Assembly (NCBI GenBank): GCA_025934695.1
Contig: JAICWS010000004.1
Location: 193,496-257,495, forward strand
Source of the DNA: Alphaproteobacteria bacterium
GTDB taxonomy: Bacteria; Pseudomonadota; Alphaproteobacteria; Micavibrionales; UBA2020
Direction: 5' to 3'
Length of the DNA stretch: 64,000 nt
This document shows, piece after piece, positions 50,549-60,847 of the stretch. Under the pieces are notes generated by a model. That model worked only from the letters and a program-made list of their open reading frames with translations. It did no database searches and was not told the DNA's origin. Position numbers and translations under genes: made by a program. Each line of letters starts with the position of its first letter. Positions within the stretch are counted from its first letter, which is position 1.

Positions 50549-52240
50549 TCAGTGCCCGACGGCTTTCGCGCCCTTGCCCTGCGTGGCGGCGTCCGCGCGT
50601 TTGACCTGGTCGCGGCCGCTGTGTTTGGCATCGTAAAGCGCTTCGTCGGCTGAGGTGAGCAGCTGGTCGGGTTTCGATCCGAATTCGGGGTAGGTGGCGA
50701 CGCCGATAGAGACGGTGACCTGACCGACCTGTCCCTTGCCGAGGGATACTTTCATGGCGCGGGTCGCCGCGCAGATTTCATTGCCACGCTTCTCGGCTTG
50801 TTCGGCGGTCGCATTGGGCAGTAGCAGGACGAATTCCTCGCCGCCGTAGCGCGCGGCGACATCCTCTTTCCGCGCGGCTTTGGCCAGCACCTGCGCGAAA
50901 TGCACCAGCACCGCGTCGCCCGCGTCGTGGCCTTGCGTGTCGTTGAACTTCTTGAAATGGTCGATGTCCATGACGAGGGCGGAGACGGGCTGGCCGTTGC
51001 GCTCGGCGCGGGAGAATTCGCGCTCCATGGTTTCTTCAAGATAGCGGCGATTGAAAAGCCCCGTGAGCGGATCGCGGATGGACTGGTTCAGCAAACGATG
51101 CTGCAGGCGCAGGTTCGAGACCGCGAGCGATGCCTGTTCGCTCACGATGCGCATGATGCGAAGCTCGTGTTCAGTCAGCGCCTCGCGGGCATTGGCCGTG
51201 ACGACAAACAGCCCCAGCGTGTCGCCATGCGCCTGCATCGGGATGCAGACCGTGCCGCCCGGCGGCTTTTCCTTGAAATGCGCGCAGGCCGGCTCGACGC
51301 CATGAGGTGAAACCGCATGGATGCGTCCGCTGCGCAGCGCCCAGCAATGATCGGCGGGGAATTCCGTCTCCGCGCCCGGCATATCGCCCCATTGGCTCGC
51401 CATCTCGACGAGGTTGCGCGAATTGTTGAACAAGAAAATGCCGCCGCTTGTCTCAGGCAATAAACGCGACACGGTGCGCTGGATGATGTCATAGGCTTCG
51501 TCCATATTGCGGCAGCTTTGCAGGAAATTCGTCATCGTGCTGATGGCGGCTTCCTGTTCCGCGCCCTTTTTCGTCGCGCTCAGCGCCTGTTTGAGGGAGT
51601 CTTCGGACCGGCGGCGCTTCAGCCCTTCGGCGCGCACAAGCCAGAACACGACCGCGAGAATGAGGCAGCAGAGCGCAAGGCCGGCCGCGCCCGCCGCCAG
51701 CGTGCGTTGCGCGGCCTCGTTCGCGGAAGCCTGCTGGGCGCTCAGGAGGCGCGTTTCTTCCGCCGACATTTCATAGGAGGTGGAACGAACCGTCTCCATT
51801 TCCTTGTTGGTGTCGCTTTCCTTTGCTAGCAGGGCGGCGGCTTTCGGACCGTCTTTCTTATAGGCGGCGATGATCTGCTTGGCGGTCTTGATCTGGCGGT
51901 CGGCCTGCGCCTCGACGAGTTTCAGGCGCGCGGCCTGCGCGGGGTTGTCGGAGACAAGTCCCTCAAGCGCGGAAAAGTGCGGCGGCAATCCGCTGATCGC
52001 GGCGTCGAAGGCAGCAAGGTCTTCGGACTGCCCGGTAATGACGTAAAGATAGGTGGATGATTGCACGTCATGAAGCTGCCCGCGCACGAAGGCGAGTTCG
52101 CTTACCACCTGGTGCATGCGGCCCGTTGCATCTTGCCGGGCATCGAAGCCTTCGAAATTCCAGTAGACGAAAGATGCATCGGCCGCGAGCACGGCGATGG
52201 CGCAGATGAACCAGAGGAAAATGCGATTGCCGAATGTCAT
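50549..52240 (-). CDS. Sensor diguanylate cyclase (CHASE3-like - TM - GAF - GGDEF)
   Basis: 563 aa. 'RYGGEEFVLLLP' GGEEF motif with a GAF-like middle domain. Confidence 0.9.
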   Translation of the reverse strand: MTFGNRIFLWFICAIAVLAADASFVYWNFEGFDARQDATGRMHQVVSELAFVRGQLHDVQSSTYLYVITGQSEDLAAFDAAISGLPPHFSALEGLVSDNPAQAARLKLVEAQADRQIKTAKQIIAAYKKDGPKAAALLAKESDTNKEMETVRSTSYEMSAEETRLLSAQQASANEAAQRTLAAGAAGLALCCLILAVVFWLVRAEGLKRRRSEDSLKQALSATKKGAEQEAAISTMTNFLQSCRNMDEAYDIIQRTVSRLLPETSGGIFLFNNSRNLVEMASQWGDMPGAETEFPADHCWALRSGRIHAVSPHGVEPACAHFKEKPPGGTVCIPMQAHGDTLGLFVVTANAREALTEHELRIMRIVSEQASLAVSNLRLQHRLLNQSIRDPLTGLFNRRYLEETMEREFSRAERNGQPVSALVMDIDHFKKFNDTQGHDAGDAVLVHFAQVLAKAARKEDVAARYGGEEFVLLLPNATAEQAEKRGNEICAATRAMKVSLGKGQVGQVTVSIGVATYPEFGSKPDQLLTSADEALYDAKHSGRDQVKRADAATQGKGAKAVGH

Positions 52241-52319
52241 AGGGTCCTGACAAAAATTCAGGCGAATATGCCGCCTATGATAGCGCCGAGACGTAAATAG
52301 AATATTACCGGCTTTATGG

Positions 52320-52850
52320 TTAACCGGAATGGGGCGCGCAAACGACGGGGGCTAAGGCGGCGGGTGTCGGCTGTGAAGCCGCGCCATCAACCGCCTGTCG
52401 GAAGTCCTTCGCCGGGGTCGCAGCGGCCTTGAAGCTGGTCTTCTCGGGCGCGGATGGAGCGGCATGTTTGAAATGGATATGCCCGCGCGCCTTATTGAGG
52501 GCAGCGGATAAATCTTTCTTCGCCGCGCAGCACATGCCCAGACCCGCGGTCAAAACCACCATCGCCGTGCCGGCCAGCGTTGCCGCGGCGGCGGCGGCGA
52601 TGGCGAGGCCGTGCGTCCCATAGACCGCGACCGCAGTCGTGAACATCGGGAAGGAAAGGGGAAGCGCCAGGCAGAAGCCAGCGCCCACGATCAGGCTGCC
52701 GATGCCCAGCAATCCGCCGAGGACATGGCCGGTTTTCGCGGAAGCGCCCTTGGGCACGGCCGCTTTTTTCAGCATGTCCGGCGCGCAGTTTTCAGTGAAC
52801 CAGGCGCCGCTGCGATAAAGGCTTCGAAAGCCGTCGCGAATAATAGACAA
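52320..52850 (-). CDS. Hypothetical membrane protein
   Basis: 176 aa. TTG start with a GAAGGAGG SD. 3 hydrophobic segments. Confidence 0.5.
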   Translation of the reverse strand: MSIIRDGFRSLYRSGAWFTENCAPDMLKKAAVPKGASAKTGHVLGGLLGIGSLIVGAGFCLALPLSFPMFTTAVAVYGTHGLAIAAAAAATLAGTAMVVLTAGLGMCCAAKKDLSAALNKARGHIHFKHAAPSAPEKTSFKAAATPAKDFRQAVDGAASQPTPAALAPVVCAPHSG

Positions 52851-53066
52851 GTGCCTTCGCCTCCTTCTTCAAAGCGCAGGAAAATGACACACAGTCGCCG
52901 TTTTTTAGATACCATCTGTATAAATACGCGGCACGGATGAGTCAACCCGCATCTGACTATGGCATTGTATTTTGGGAGGAATTTCGCCGCCAAGGCTTTC
53001 CCCGGTGATCGGGTTTCTATATAATTTGTTATAAACCGCCTCTGGCCAAACCGGGCTCGCAACGGC

Positions 53067-55046
53067 ATGAAATATCATCCCTTTATCAATGGACTGCGTG
53101 CCATCGCCGTCGTGCCGGTTATCCTGTTCCATTATGAGGTGCGCGCTTTTTCCGGGGGCTATGCGGGCGTCGATGTGTTTTTCGTTATTTCCGGCTTCCT
53201 GATCACCGGGCTGCTGATGGGCATGCTGGAGAAGCGTGAATTTTCGCTGCTGACGTTTTACGAACGCCGCGCGCGGCGCATCCTGCCCGCGCTGTTCTTC
53301 ACCTGCTTCCTGACCTTCGGCTTCTGCTGGTTTTATTTCCTGCCCGATGATTTTGCCAAGTTCGGCCGCGCGCTGGCGGGCGCCGCCGCCTTCGCCTCGA
53401 ACTTCGTCTTCGCCGGCGAGACCGGCTATTTCGCCACGCCCGCGCTGGTCGAGCCGCTGCTGCACACCTGGTCGCTGGCGGTCGAGGAACAGTTCTATAT
53501 TTTCTATCCGCTGATCCTTTACGCGCTCTATCGGGCGGTGCGCGGAAAAAGGGACAGGCTCGCCGCCTGCCTGGGCGCCCTGCTGCTGGCATCCTTCGCG
53601 CTGAACCTGCACACCATCGCGCACCAGCCGGCCGACGCTTTTTACCTGCTGCACACGCGCGCTTGGGAACTCTTGGCGGGCGCGCTCACCTTCCTGTGGC
53701 TGAAGGATGTCAAGCTGAACGCCGCCTGCGGTGAGTTGGCCGGTATCGCCGGTTTTGCGCTGCTGCTGTTCAGCTTCTTCTATTACGACGCGGGCACGCC
53801 TTTTCCGGGATGGGCGGCGGTGGCGCCGGTGCTGGGCACGGTGCTGCTGATCTGGCCGAACCTCCAGCGGCTGACGCTGACGGGGAGGATTCTCTCCACT
53901 CGGCCGACGGTCGCGGTGGGGCTCGTGTCCTATGCCATGTATCTATATCACTGGCCGATCCTTGTTATCTCGCGCTATTACCTGCAGCACAGTCTGACGG
54001 GTCTCGAGACAGGGATCGCCATCGGCTGCACCGGCGCGCTGGCGGCGGCGACCTATTTCCTGTTCGAACAGCCGGTGCGCGAGCGCCGCATGCTCGCGCC
54101 GCGGCGGGCAATTTTCGCTTTTTCTCTCACGGGCCTTCTGGCGCTCGGGATTGCCGGCGTGGTGGCGGCAAAAGCAGAAGGTTTCCCCGGACGCTTCCCG
54201 TCCACGGCACTGCAATATGTGACGGATGACAAATCTCCTCCGCAGGAATGCACTCCGGCGGGCGAGGGTTTCGGCCTCGCCGCGGAAAAGTGCCGGATCG
54301 GCGACCTGACCCGCAGCAAGCCCGCCTTTCTCGTCTGGGGCGACAGCCATGCCGATGCGCTGGCGCCGGGCCTCAGCGCGGTTGCAAAACAACGCGGCAA
54401 GATGGGCCTGATGATCTGGGCCGCCGGCTGTACACCGCTGGTCAACCTTGACAGGCCGCAGCGGAAGATTCACTGTCCCGCGGAGAACGACGCGGTCATC
54501 CGTTTTATTCGCGACCAGAAGATAAAGACGGTTATCCTCATCGCGCGCTGGGACCTCGCCTTGCCCTATGAGGAAGGCGGTCTGGACGGATCGCGCAACG
54601 GCAAGGGGCCGCGCCTCGCGCTGCGGACGGAAGATGGCCGGAAAGTCTATGATCTCGACGCCTTCGCGGGCGCGTTCCGCGATACGCTGGCGGCATTGAA
54701 ACAGCTTGGCGTTCGCGTCTGGGTCGTCAAACAGGCGCCGTCGTATCTTGAGTATGTGTCGACGGCGCTTGCCGAATATGCCGCGCGCGGGCGCGATGTG
54801 ACCGAGCTGAACCGTCCCCTGGACGAGGTGCTGCGCCGCCGCGCGCCTATCGATGCGGTTTTTGATCAGGTGCGCGATCCGTCCGTCGGCTTCATCGATC
54901 CGGTGAAAAAGCTCTGCGCTGACGGCAAGAACTGCCTCGCGAGCGTCAATGGACATTCACTATATCGCGACGATACGCACGTCTCGGTCTACGGGGCGCT
55001 GTGGCTGCGCGATATGTGGCTGCCCGTCGTTACGGCGATGAAGTGA
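53067..55046 (+). CDS. Acyltransferase family 3 (OafA-like) with C-terminal SGNH-type domain
   Basis: 659 aa. 'INGLRAIAVVPVILFH', 'GVDVFFVISGFLIT', multiple TM segments. C-terminal 'VWGDSHA'. Confidence 0.85.
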   Translation: MKYHPFINGLRAIAVVPVILFHYEVRAFSGGYAGVDVFFVISGFLITGLLMGMLEKREFSLLTFYERRARRILPALFFTCFLTFGFCWFYFLPDDFAKFGRALAGAAAFASNFVFAGETGYFATPALVEPLLHTWSLAVEEQFYIFYPLILYALYRAVRGKRDRLAACLGALLLASFALNLHTIAHQPADAFYLLHTRAWELLAGALTFLWLKDVKLNAACGELAGIAGFALLLFSFFYYDAGTPFPGWAAVAPVLGTVLLIWPNLQRLTLTGRILSTRPTVAVGLVSYAMYLYHWPILVISRYYLQHSLTGLETGIAIGCTGALAAATYFLFEQPVRERRMLAPRRAIFAFSLTGLLALGIAGVVAAKAEGFPGRFPSTALQYVTDDKSPPQECTPAGEGFGLAAEKCRIGDLTRSKPAFLVWGDSHADALAPGLSAVAKQRGKMGLMIWAAGCTPLVNLDRPQRKIHCPAENDAVIRFIRDQKIKTVILIARWDLALPYEEGGLDGSRNGKGPRLALRTEDGRKVYDLDAFAGAFRDTLAALKQLGVRVWVVKQAPSYLEYVSTALAEYAARGRDVTELNRPLDEVLRRRAPIDAVFDQVRDPSVGFIDPVKKLCADGKNCLASVNGHSLYRDDTHVSVYGALWLRDMWLPVVTAMK

Positions 55047-55706
55047 TTATTCTTCCGCGAGGTCGTAGCCGAAACGCGCGGCAAGCGCCTCGATTCCGCG
55101 CCATGTTCTTTCGTCTTCGCGCTTTACTTCCGACAGGCCGCTCTTATGCCCGTAGCCGCGCCGCGATCTGCGGCTGTCGCCGTGAGATTCCGCGGCCGCG
55201 ATAAGCGACGGGTCGAGGCGCTTGCCGAAAAAATCGCTGAGCGCCGCGACCGTCTCGGCAGGGTTGCCGCGGAAATCCTCGAGGCGGACGGACAGGGCGG
55301 CGTTCGCGAGCGCCATATTGTTCCAGTGCAGCCAGTAGCGCGCGGCGGCGATCGGGCGGCTGGGATGGCGGCACTGCGGCGTATAATCAAAAATATAATC
55401 CCAGGCGCGCGCGGAAAAGGTCTGCAATGACGCGATCGTCGGAACCGGATGACGGATCTGGTGCAGGGTCTTGCCAAAGACGGCGCCGCGCGCCCGGCAG
55501 AAGTCGGGCGACGCGCAGAGCCAGCCGACCGCGCCTTGCGTGCCCGTCGCCTCATGTCCCATGTCGAGCCCGTTGAGCGCCAGGAACTTGGCAATGAAAT
55601 GCGTACCGCTGCGCCCGCAGCCCGTCACGAGGAAGGGATAGGTTCCAGCGAGGATATTGTGACGCTCCTCGTCACGGATGCCGAGAAGCCGTTTTAAAAA
55701 ACGCAT
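55047..55706 (-). CDS. Sulfotransferase-like protein
   Basis: 'VTGCGRSGTHFIAKFL' (PAPS 5'-PSB-like loop), 'QIRHPVPTIAS' (3'-PB-like), 'VRLEDF'. The ORF track starts at TTG 55742. Confidence 0.55.
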   Translation of the reverse strand: MRFLKRLLGIRDEERHNILAGTYPFLVTGCGRSGTHFIAKFLALNGLDMGHEATGTQGAVGWLCASPDFCRARGAVFGKTLHQIRHPVPTIASLQTFSARAWDYIFDYTPQCRHPSRPIAAARYWLHWNNMALANAALSVRLEDFRGNPAETVAALSDFFGKRLDPSLIAAAESHGDSRRSRRGYGHKSGLSEVKREDERTWRGIEALAARFGYDLAEE

Positions 55707-56024
55707 CTGGAATTTCTGCCCAATCTGGATACCTGTCTTCAAAAGCTATCGGGGCGCGGCCATGGGGTCAATAAAGCCATCGTGGGCAACCTGCGGGATA
55801 CGGCGCAACCAGCTGAAATAAAAGGAGTAGCCGCATGTTACGGAATTGTCGAGCCCCCGAATCCGTCTTGATTTTGTTTTACATATGGTGTTATATGTCC
55901 GGCATCGCAGGACTTTCAGGACACCGGCGCCGCCCAACCCATTGGGCGGCAGAAGAAAAAGCGGGTGACGGCACTGACATGGCGGGATAGTTTTGACGAA
56001 CAGTGAAATGATCCGGGGCACGAC

Positions 56025-58013
56025 ATGAAGACGAAGATCGACACGCTTTCAACGGCCGCGCGCTTTCACATGAGCACGATCAACCGCCGCTGGTCGAACG
56101 CGAGCCTCTTGGTCCACCGCTCCTTCGACGGGCATATCGTGTCCATGCGCCAGGCGGGCAGCCATTGGCTGCGCAACATGCTGGCCAGCATCCTGAGCCA
56201 GATGTACGGCCTCCCACCGCTCAAGCACATCCAGGACGACAGCATCATCGGCCATCCGAAGTCGCCGCCAATCTACAAGCATATTCCTCAGATCATCCAT
56301 ACGCACGGCTGCCCGCACGCGCTGACGCTGAAGCTGCCCGGCGTCCACTTTCCCAAGTATCTCGTGCTGGTGCGTGAACTGCGCGCCTCGCTCGTGTCGC
56401 ACTACGAGCGCTTCAAGGGCGACTACGGCAACCCGGAATTCGGCGTGTTCCTGCGCGGCGATCCGCAGAAGAAAACCTTTTACAGCGATATCTGGACCCG
56501 CGTCCGCTTCATGAACGAATGGGGCCGCATGCTGGACCGCCACCCCGACCATACGATGATCCTGCGCTATGAAGACCTGCAGCAGGATACGCTGGGTTGG
56601 TTGCGCAAGATTTGCGAATTCTACATTATCCGCGGCGTGACGGACGAAATGTTCGCACAGGCCATTCGCGACGGCAACACCGAAAAGATGGCCGCCAAGC
56701 CCAATCCGTCCGTGACAACCACCGTCGTCCGCACCGGCGACCGCAAACCGATCGCCGAGTATTTCACGCCTGAGAACCAGGCGTTCTTCGATCTTCTTGT
56801 CCGCCGCTACCTGAAATACGACTTCGGCTACGGCTACCTGGCCAAACCAGGCGCGCAGCTCAAACAGGCGGGCAGGGGAGCGGAACAGCCGGCGGCGGCC
56901 CAGCGCGCCAAGGCGCTGAAGATCGTCTACATCGGCAACGGCAACCAGAAGTTCGCGGGCCAGCGGCATTTCGGCTACGACACGCGCATGTTCAACGGCC
57001 TCGTCCGGAACGGCCACTGCGTCTATTTCTTCAGCGACAGGGACGAGGTGCGCCAGCAAAGCCCCCTGGGCCTCCTCAAGCCCGTCGGCCGTGCCCGCGC
57101 GAACCAGAAGCTGCTCCAGGTGGCCGACAACATCCGGCCGGATGCCATTGTTTTTTCGCATGTTGACACGATCGACCCGGAAACGTTCGAGGAAATCCGT
57201 CGCCGCCTGCCTGAGGTGCGTATCGCGCAGATCAACGTCGACCCGCTTTTCAACCCGACGAACCGCAGGAACGTCCTGTCCCGCGGACAGAGCGTCGACG
57301 CCACCTTCTCGACGACGGGCGGCCCCGCGTTGAGCGCGTTCGCCCGCGATCGCAGCCCCTGTTATTTCATCCCCAATTTTTCCGACAGCAGCATCGACAC
57401 CGGCACGGCCTTCGCCGACGAGCGCCCTGCCTTCGATATCGCCTGCTTCATGAACGTGAACCCGAAAAAGCCCGACGACGAGGCGGACCGCCTTGCCCTC
57501 GTCAACGGCCTGGTCTCAGCCATTCCGGATCTCCGGGCCTGTTTCGGCGGGTTCAATGGCCTGCCCAGTGTACGCGGCCACGCCTATATCGGCGGCCTCG
57601 CGAAATCGGCCATGGGCCTGAACTTGAGCAAACTCTATTCGGGCGCGCCATCCAGCCCCGAAAGCCGCTATCTCTATTCATCCGACCGTATCGCGCATAT
57701 TCTGGGGAACGGCTGCCTTGCCTTCATTGAAAGCAATTTCGGCCTTCACGAACTCTATGCGCCCGACGAAACCGTCTTTTTTAACGGCCTCGCGGACCTG
57801 ACCGACAAGGTCCGCTATTATCGCGACCATCCGGCGGACCGCCAGGCTCTCGCCAAAAAAGGATGGGAAAAAGCGCACCGGGAATTCGAAGTCACGATCG
57901 TGATGAAATACATTCTCGAGCGGCTCTTCGACAAGTCCCTGACGCAAACCTATTCATGGCCGGTAGATGCCTATTACCCGGTGCCGCTGGCGTCGGTCAC
58001 GGCTTCGCGCTAA
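56025..58013 (+). CDS. Fusion protein: N-terminal sulfotransferase domain + C-terminal CgeB/GT1-like glycosyltransferase domain
   Basis: 662 aa. 'RQAGSHWL', 'LVRELRASLVSHY', 'LRYEDLQQD' are sulfotransferase-like. The C-terminal 'YYRDHPADRQALAKKGWEKAHREF' is glycosyltransferase-like. Confidence 0.65.
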   Translation: MKTKIDTLSTAARFHMSTINRRWSNASLLVHRSFDGHIVSMRQAGSHWLRNMLASILSQMYGLPPLKHIQDDSIIGHPKSPPIYKHIPQIIHTHGCPHALTLKLPGVHFPKYLVLVRELRASLVSHYERFKGDYGNPEFGVFLRGDPQKKTFYSDIWTRVRFMNEWGRMLDRHPDHTMILRYEDLQQDTLGWLRKICEFYIIRGVTDEMFAQAIRDGNTEKMAAKPNPSVTTTVVRTGDRKPIAEYFTPENQAFFDLLVRRYLKYDFGYGYLAKPGAQLKQAGRGAEQPAAAQRAKALKIVYIGNGNQKFAGQRHFGYDTRMFNGLVRNGHCVYFFSDRDEVRQQSPLGLLKPVGRARANQKLLQVADNIRPDAIVFSHVDTIDPETFEEIRRRLPEVRIAQINVDPLFNPTNRRNVLSRGQSVDATFSTTGGPALSAFARDRSPCYFIPNFSDSSIDTGTAFADERPAFDIACFMNVNPKKPDDEADRLALVNGLVSAIPDLRACFGGFNGLPSVRGHAYIGGLAKSAMGLNLSKLYSGAPSSPESRYLYSSDRIAHILGNGCLAFIESNFGLHELYAPDETVFFNGLADLTDKVRYYRDHPADRQALAKKGWEKAHREFEVTIVMKYILERLFDKSLTQTYSWPVDAYYPVPLASVTASR

Positions 58014-58023
58014 ACTGAACGCC

Positions 58024-59250
58024 TTACATGAGCCGGCACAACCGCTCGAGGCCGGGCTCCATTTCCGCCTTGACGTATTGAAGCCGCGTGGTCGGGCCGC
58101 CGGAGGTGCGGCTGTGGAACGTCTGCGACCAGTGGCTCATCTTCACCATGACGCCGCATAGCATGCCGCCGGTGGATTCATGCCGCGTCTCGATCTCGCG
58201 CTGCAGTTTGCCCAGCGTGTCCCGGTTCATGTCGCGCCAAAAGACATCGAAGGCGCGGCGGAAGCCGTTTAGCCGTCCGCGGATCGCGGTGGAGAGAAGC
58301 TTCAGCGTTTCATCGACGCGCCGGTAATGCGCGGCGGACTGAGCGGTCGCCGCCGCGTCGCGCTGGATGCTGATGTCCTTGAGCCAGTCGGAGCAGCGGT
58401 CGATCTCCATCGCGACGTTGTCGAAGTTGTGGCGATAATAGATGACCGACAGGAACAGGTCGCTGTAGGTTTCGAGGAAATCCGGGATATCCTCGACCGG
58501 GATGCCGGTGCGCTCGGACATGGCCTTCAGCCGCTGCGAAACCTGCGCGGATTTTCCGTCGCGGAACAGCCGGTTCAGGTCCTGCGCGGGGTCGATCGTT
58601 CCGTCGCCGTAGATGTTCTGCAGCAGAGGCCGCGTAAATTCGGTGGAGAACTGCTTGAGCCGCTCTTTCATGCCGCTCGTCAGGTCGAGTGCCGCGCGGT
58701 CGGGGGTGATGCCGAGTTTCTTGAGGCTCGTGCGCAGCGAATAAACGTCATAGCTGTTGAGCGTGGCCAGCTCGGCGATGATGCGGTGATCGTCGCGGTT
58801 GCCGGGGAAGGAGGCGGGAACGTCCTCGGGGCGAAGCTGCAGGCTTCCCGAACGCGCGTCGCTGTGGATTTCCACCGCCGTTTCCAGCCGCGCGTTCTTG
58901 ACGAGGCGGGCGGCTTTCAGCGCGCGGGTCGACAGGGGAATGACGGACAGGGGAAGCGTATCCATCGCGTCGAGATCGGAAAGTTCGGACGGCATGACGC
59001 GGCGCTCAACCAGCGCCTCCGCGGTTGCAGGCGAAGCCACTTCGCCGCGCACGTCGAAGATGCGCCCATCCTTCAGCCGGAACCAGACGCCCTTGCCGAA
59101 GGTGCTGCGGTTGAAGTAAAGGTCTTCGACGTCCTCTGCTCGGAACGAATAATGCGCGTCCGCCGTGGGTGCGCGCGCTTCGCCTGCGTCGCGCAGCTCC
59201 TGGAACTGGGTATGCATAACGGCCCGGACGACGACGGGGTTGAATTTCAT
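58024..59250 (-). CDS. Hypothetical protein (~408 aa)
   Basis: Long ORF with normal composition. Start is ATG 59250 (alternatives 59262 and TTG 59283). No domain recognised. Confidence 0.6.
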   Translation of the reverse strand: MKFNPVVVRAVMHTQFQELRDAGEARAPTADAHYSFRAEDVEDLYFNRSTFGKGVWFRLKDGRIFDVRGEVASPATAEALVERRVMPSELSDLDAMDTLPLSVIPLSTRALKAARLVKNARLETAVEIHSDARSGSLQLRPEDVPASFPGNRDDHRIIAELATLNSYDVYSLRTSLKKLGITPDRAALDLTSGMKERLKQFSTEFTRPLLQNIYGDGTIDPAQDLNRLFRDGKSAQVSQRLKAMSERTGIPVEDIPDFLETYSDLFLSVIYYRHNFDNVAMEIDRCSDWLKDISIQRDAAATAQSAAHYRRVDETLKLLSTAIRGRLNGFRRAFDVFWRDMNRDTLGKLQREIETRHESTGGMLCGVMVKMSHWSQTFHSRTSGGPTTRLQYVKAEMEPGLERLCRLM

Positions 59251-59590
59251 GTGCCTGCTCATGACGCGGCGGTAATGCCGCAAGGTGTGTCTTCAAAAGG
59301 GGGCCGCCCTGGAAAACAAGGCTGTTCCGTGGCCTTAACTCATATTATAGCAGGCGCTGTTTAATAAATTTTCAACATTTGGTTGCATTTAGCGCAAATA
59401 CGCGGCGAGGAACGAAAGCATGCGTTCTTCAGCTGCTTGCGAGACTTCAGGTTCTTGCGCGGATTGAAAAGCATGAGTTGGCAAATTGCCACGTGCTTAT
59501 GGCAACTTAAAATCTCAAAAATGCAGCAATAACAGGATAGTGGCTGAATAGACCTATTCCGGGGCACAGTGCTGTACTAATCTTAATGTC

Positions 59591-60847
59591 ATGAATGAGA
59601 CTGGCGCGATTACCCCGCAGATACCGATGTCCGAAAGCACATTTTACATGCTGCGCTGCGTCGTCGCCGTGGCCTGCGCGGACAATGTCATCAAGGAACA
59701 GGAACTGCTTTTCTTACGGGCGCTCTTGTCCCACTTCAAGCACCATATGATCGTGTCGCCCGAGCAGGTCGCGCAGCTCAAGGAAGACCTGAAGACCCAC
59801 CAGAACATCGAATACCTGCTGCCGCATGTGACCAATCCGACCGACCGCGAGCAGCTGATCCTCTATGCCGGGCTGCTGGCCCAGTCGGACGGCGAGGTAC
59901 ATCCGAGCGAAGAGGTGGTGCTGCGCAAGATCAACTCTTTCTGCGGCGGACCCGCGCCCGCGGCGACAACAGATGCTGCTCATCCCGCGGGGGCGCCTGC
60001 ATCCCACGCCGTTGCTGTTCCCGTCCCCATGGGCGGCGGCGGCGCGCCGCCGGTCGACATGAACGCTTTCATGCAGGAAGTGCGCGACGTCGTGCGGCAG
60101 GAAGTCTACCAGCAGGCGATGAAGACAAGCGGCGTCGACTCCAAAACCCACCCCGTCGCGATCATCGACGCGATGGCGGAAAAAGGCCGTGTCGTGCCGC
60201 ACACGGACTCCTATCACGTGGTGGCGCAGGAGCCGAAACTTGGCAAAGATATGCGGCACAACATGGTCGAGGGCGAAAGGCTCCTCGGCAAGGCGCATTT
60301 CCATTATATTTTCTGGGTCTATACGCTGATCCTGGCAGGCCTGCTGATGGGCTTCGCGCGGCCTGTAGGACGCGTATTGACGCAAGCGGCGGGCTATGCG
60401 CAGCAATATATCTTCAGCGACGCAGGCGCCTGGCTCGGCCCCGGCAATATCGAGACGCTGGGCAAGATCCTGGCCAATCCTGCCTGGGCGCACTGGCCGG
60501 CGCTGGTCATGTATGTCGCCGCCGTGCTCTTCGTGCTGTGGCGCATCGCCGTCTACCACACGACGGAAATCGTCGTGACCGACAGCCGCATGGTCGTCAA
60601 GCAGGGCATCTTCATCATCCGCACCTTCAAGTGCGACATGGCGAACCTGGGGCAGGTCGACGTGAACCAGTCGCTGCTAGGCAGCTGGCTGGGCTATGGC
60701 TCCATCCACGTCTATACGCGGAACTGGCAGGGCCATGGCAACGCCGTCGAGGCGGAGGGCATTTACCTGCCGCCGATCGCCGACCCCCATTCTTTCAGCA
60801 CATTGGTGGACCGGGCGCGGCGGATGTGGCGCACCCGGAGCGTCTAG
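59591..60847 (+). CDS. TerB-like N-terminal domain - TM - bacterial PH (bPH/YdbT-like) domain protein
   Basis: 418 aa. 'FYMLRCVVAVACADNVIKEQELLFL..AGLLAQSDGEVHPSEE' is TerB-like. 'TTEIVVTDSRMVVKQGIF..DMANLGQVDVNQSLLG' is bPH-like. Confidence 0.65.
   Translation: MNETGAITPQIPMSESTFYMLRCVVAVACADNVIKEQELLFLRALLSHFKHHMIVSPEQVAQLKEDLKTHQNIEYLLPHVTNPTDREQLILYAGLLAQSDGEVHPSEEVVLRKINSFCGGPAPAATTDAAHPAGAPASHAVAVPVPMGGGGAPPVDMNAFMQEVRDVVRQEVYQQAMKTSGVDSKTHPVAIIDAMAEKGRVVPHTDSYHVVAQEPKLGKDMRHNMVEGERLLGKAHFHYIFWVYTLILAGLLMGFARPVGRVLTQAAGYAQQYIFSDAGAWLGPGNIETLGKILANPAWAHWPALVMYVAAVLFVLWRIAVYHTTEIVVTDSRMVVKQGIFIIRTFKCDMANLGQVDVNQSLLGSWLGYGSIHVYTRNWQGHGNAVEAEGIYLPPIADPHSFSTLVDRARRMWRTRSV

Noticed and set aside
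636-59364. Many long ORFs antisense to, or frame-shifted within, confident genes. Examples: 636-1427, 1642-2871, 4058-5038, 5077-5982, 7050-7946, 8562-9824, 12739-13935, 21978-23270, 24488-25408, 26685-28472, 28436-29338, 30904-32982, 35632-36567, 37766-38932, 43535-44443, 49639-50631, 53943-54956, 56049-57161, 58327-59364.
   Set aside because: These are typical high-GC shadow ORFs. They have Arg/Ala/Gly/Pro-rich, low-complexity translations, no motifs and no SD. Each fully overlaps a gene with clear family signatures on the other strand or frame.
59479-59510. sigma54-like TGGCA..TTGC elements upstream of the TerB-bPH genes.
   Set aside because: The GG-to-GC spacing is ~8 nt rather than the 10-11 nt required for -24/-12 promoters. 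I kept it only as a palindromic candidate operator.
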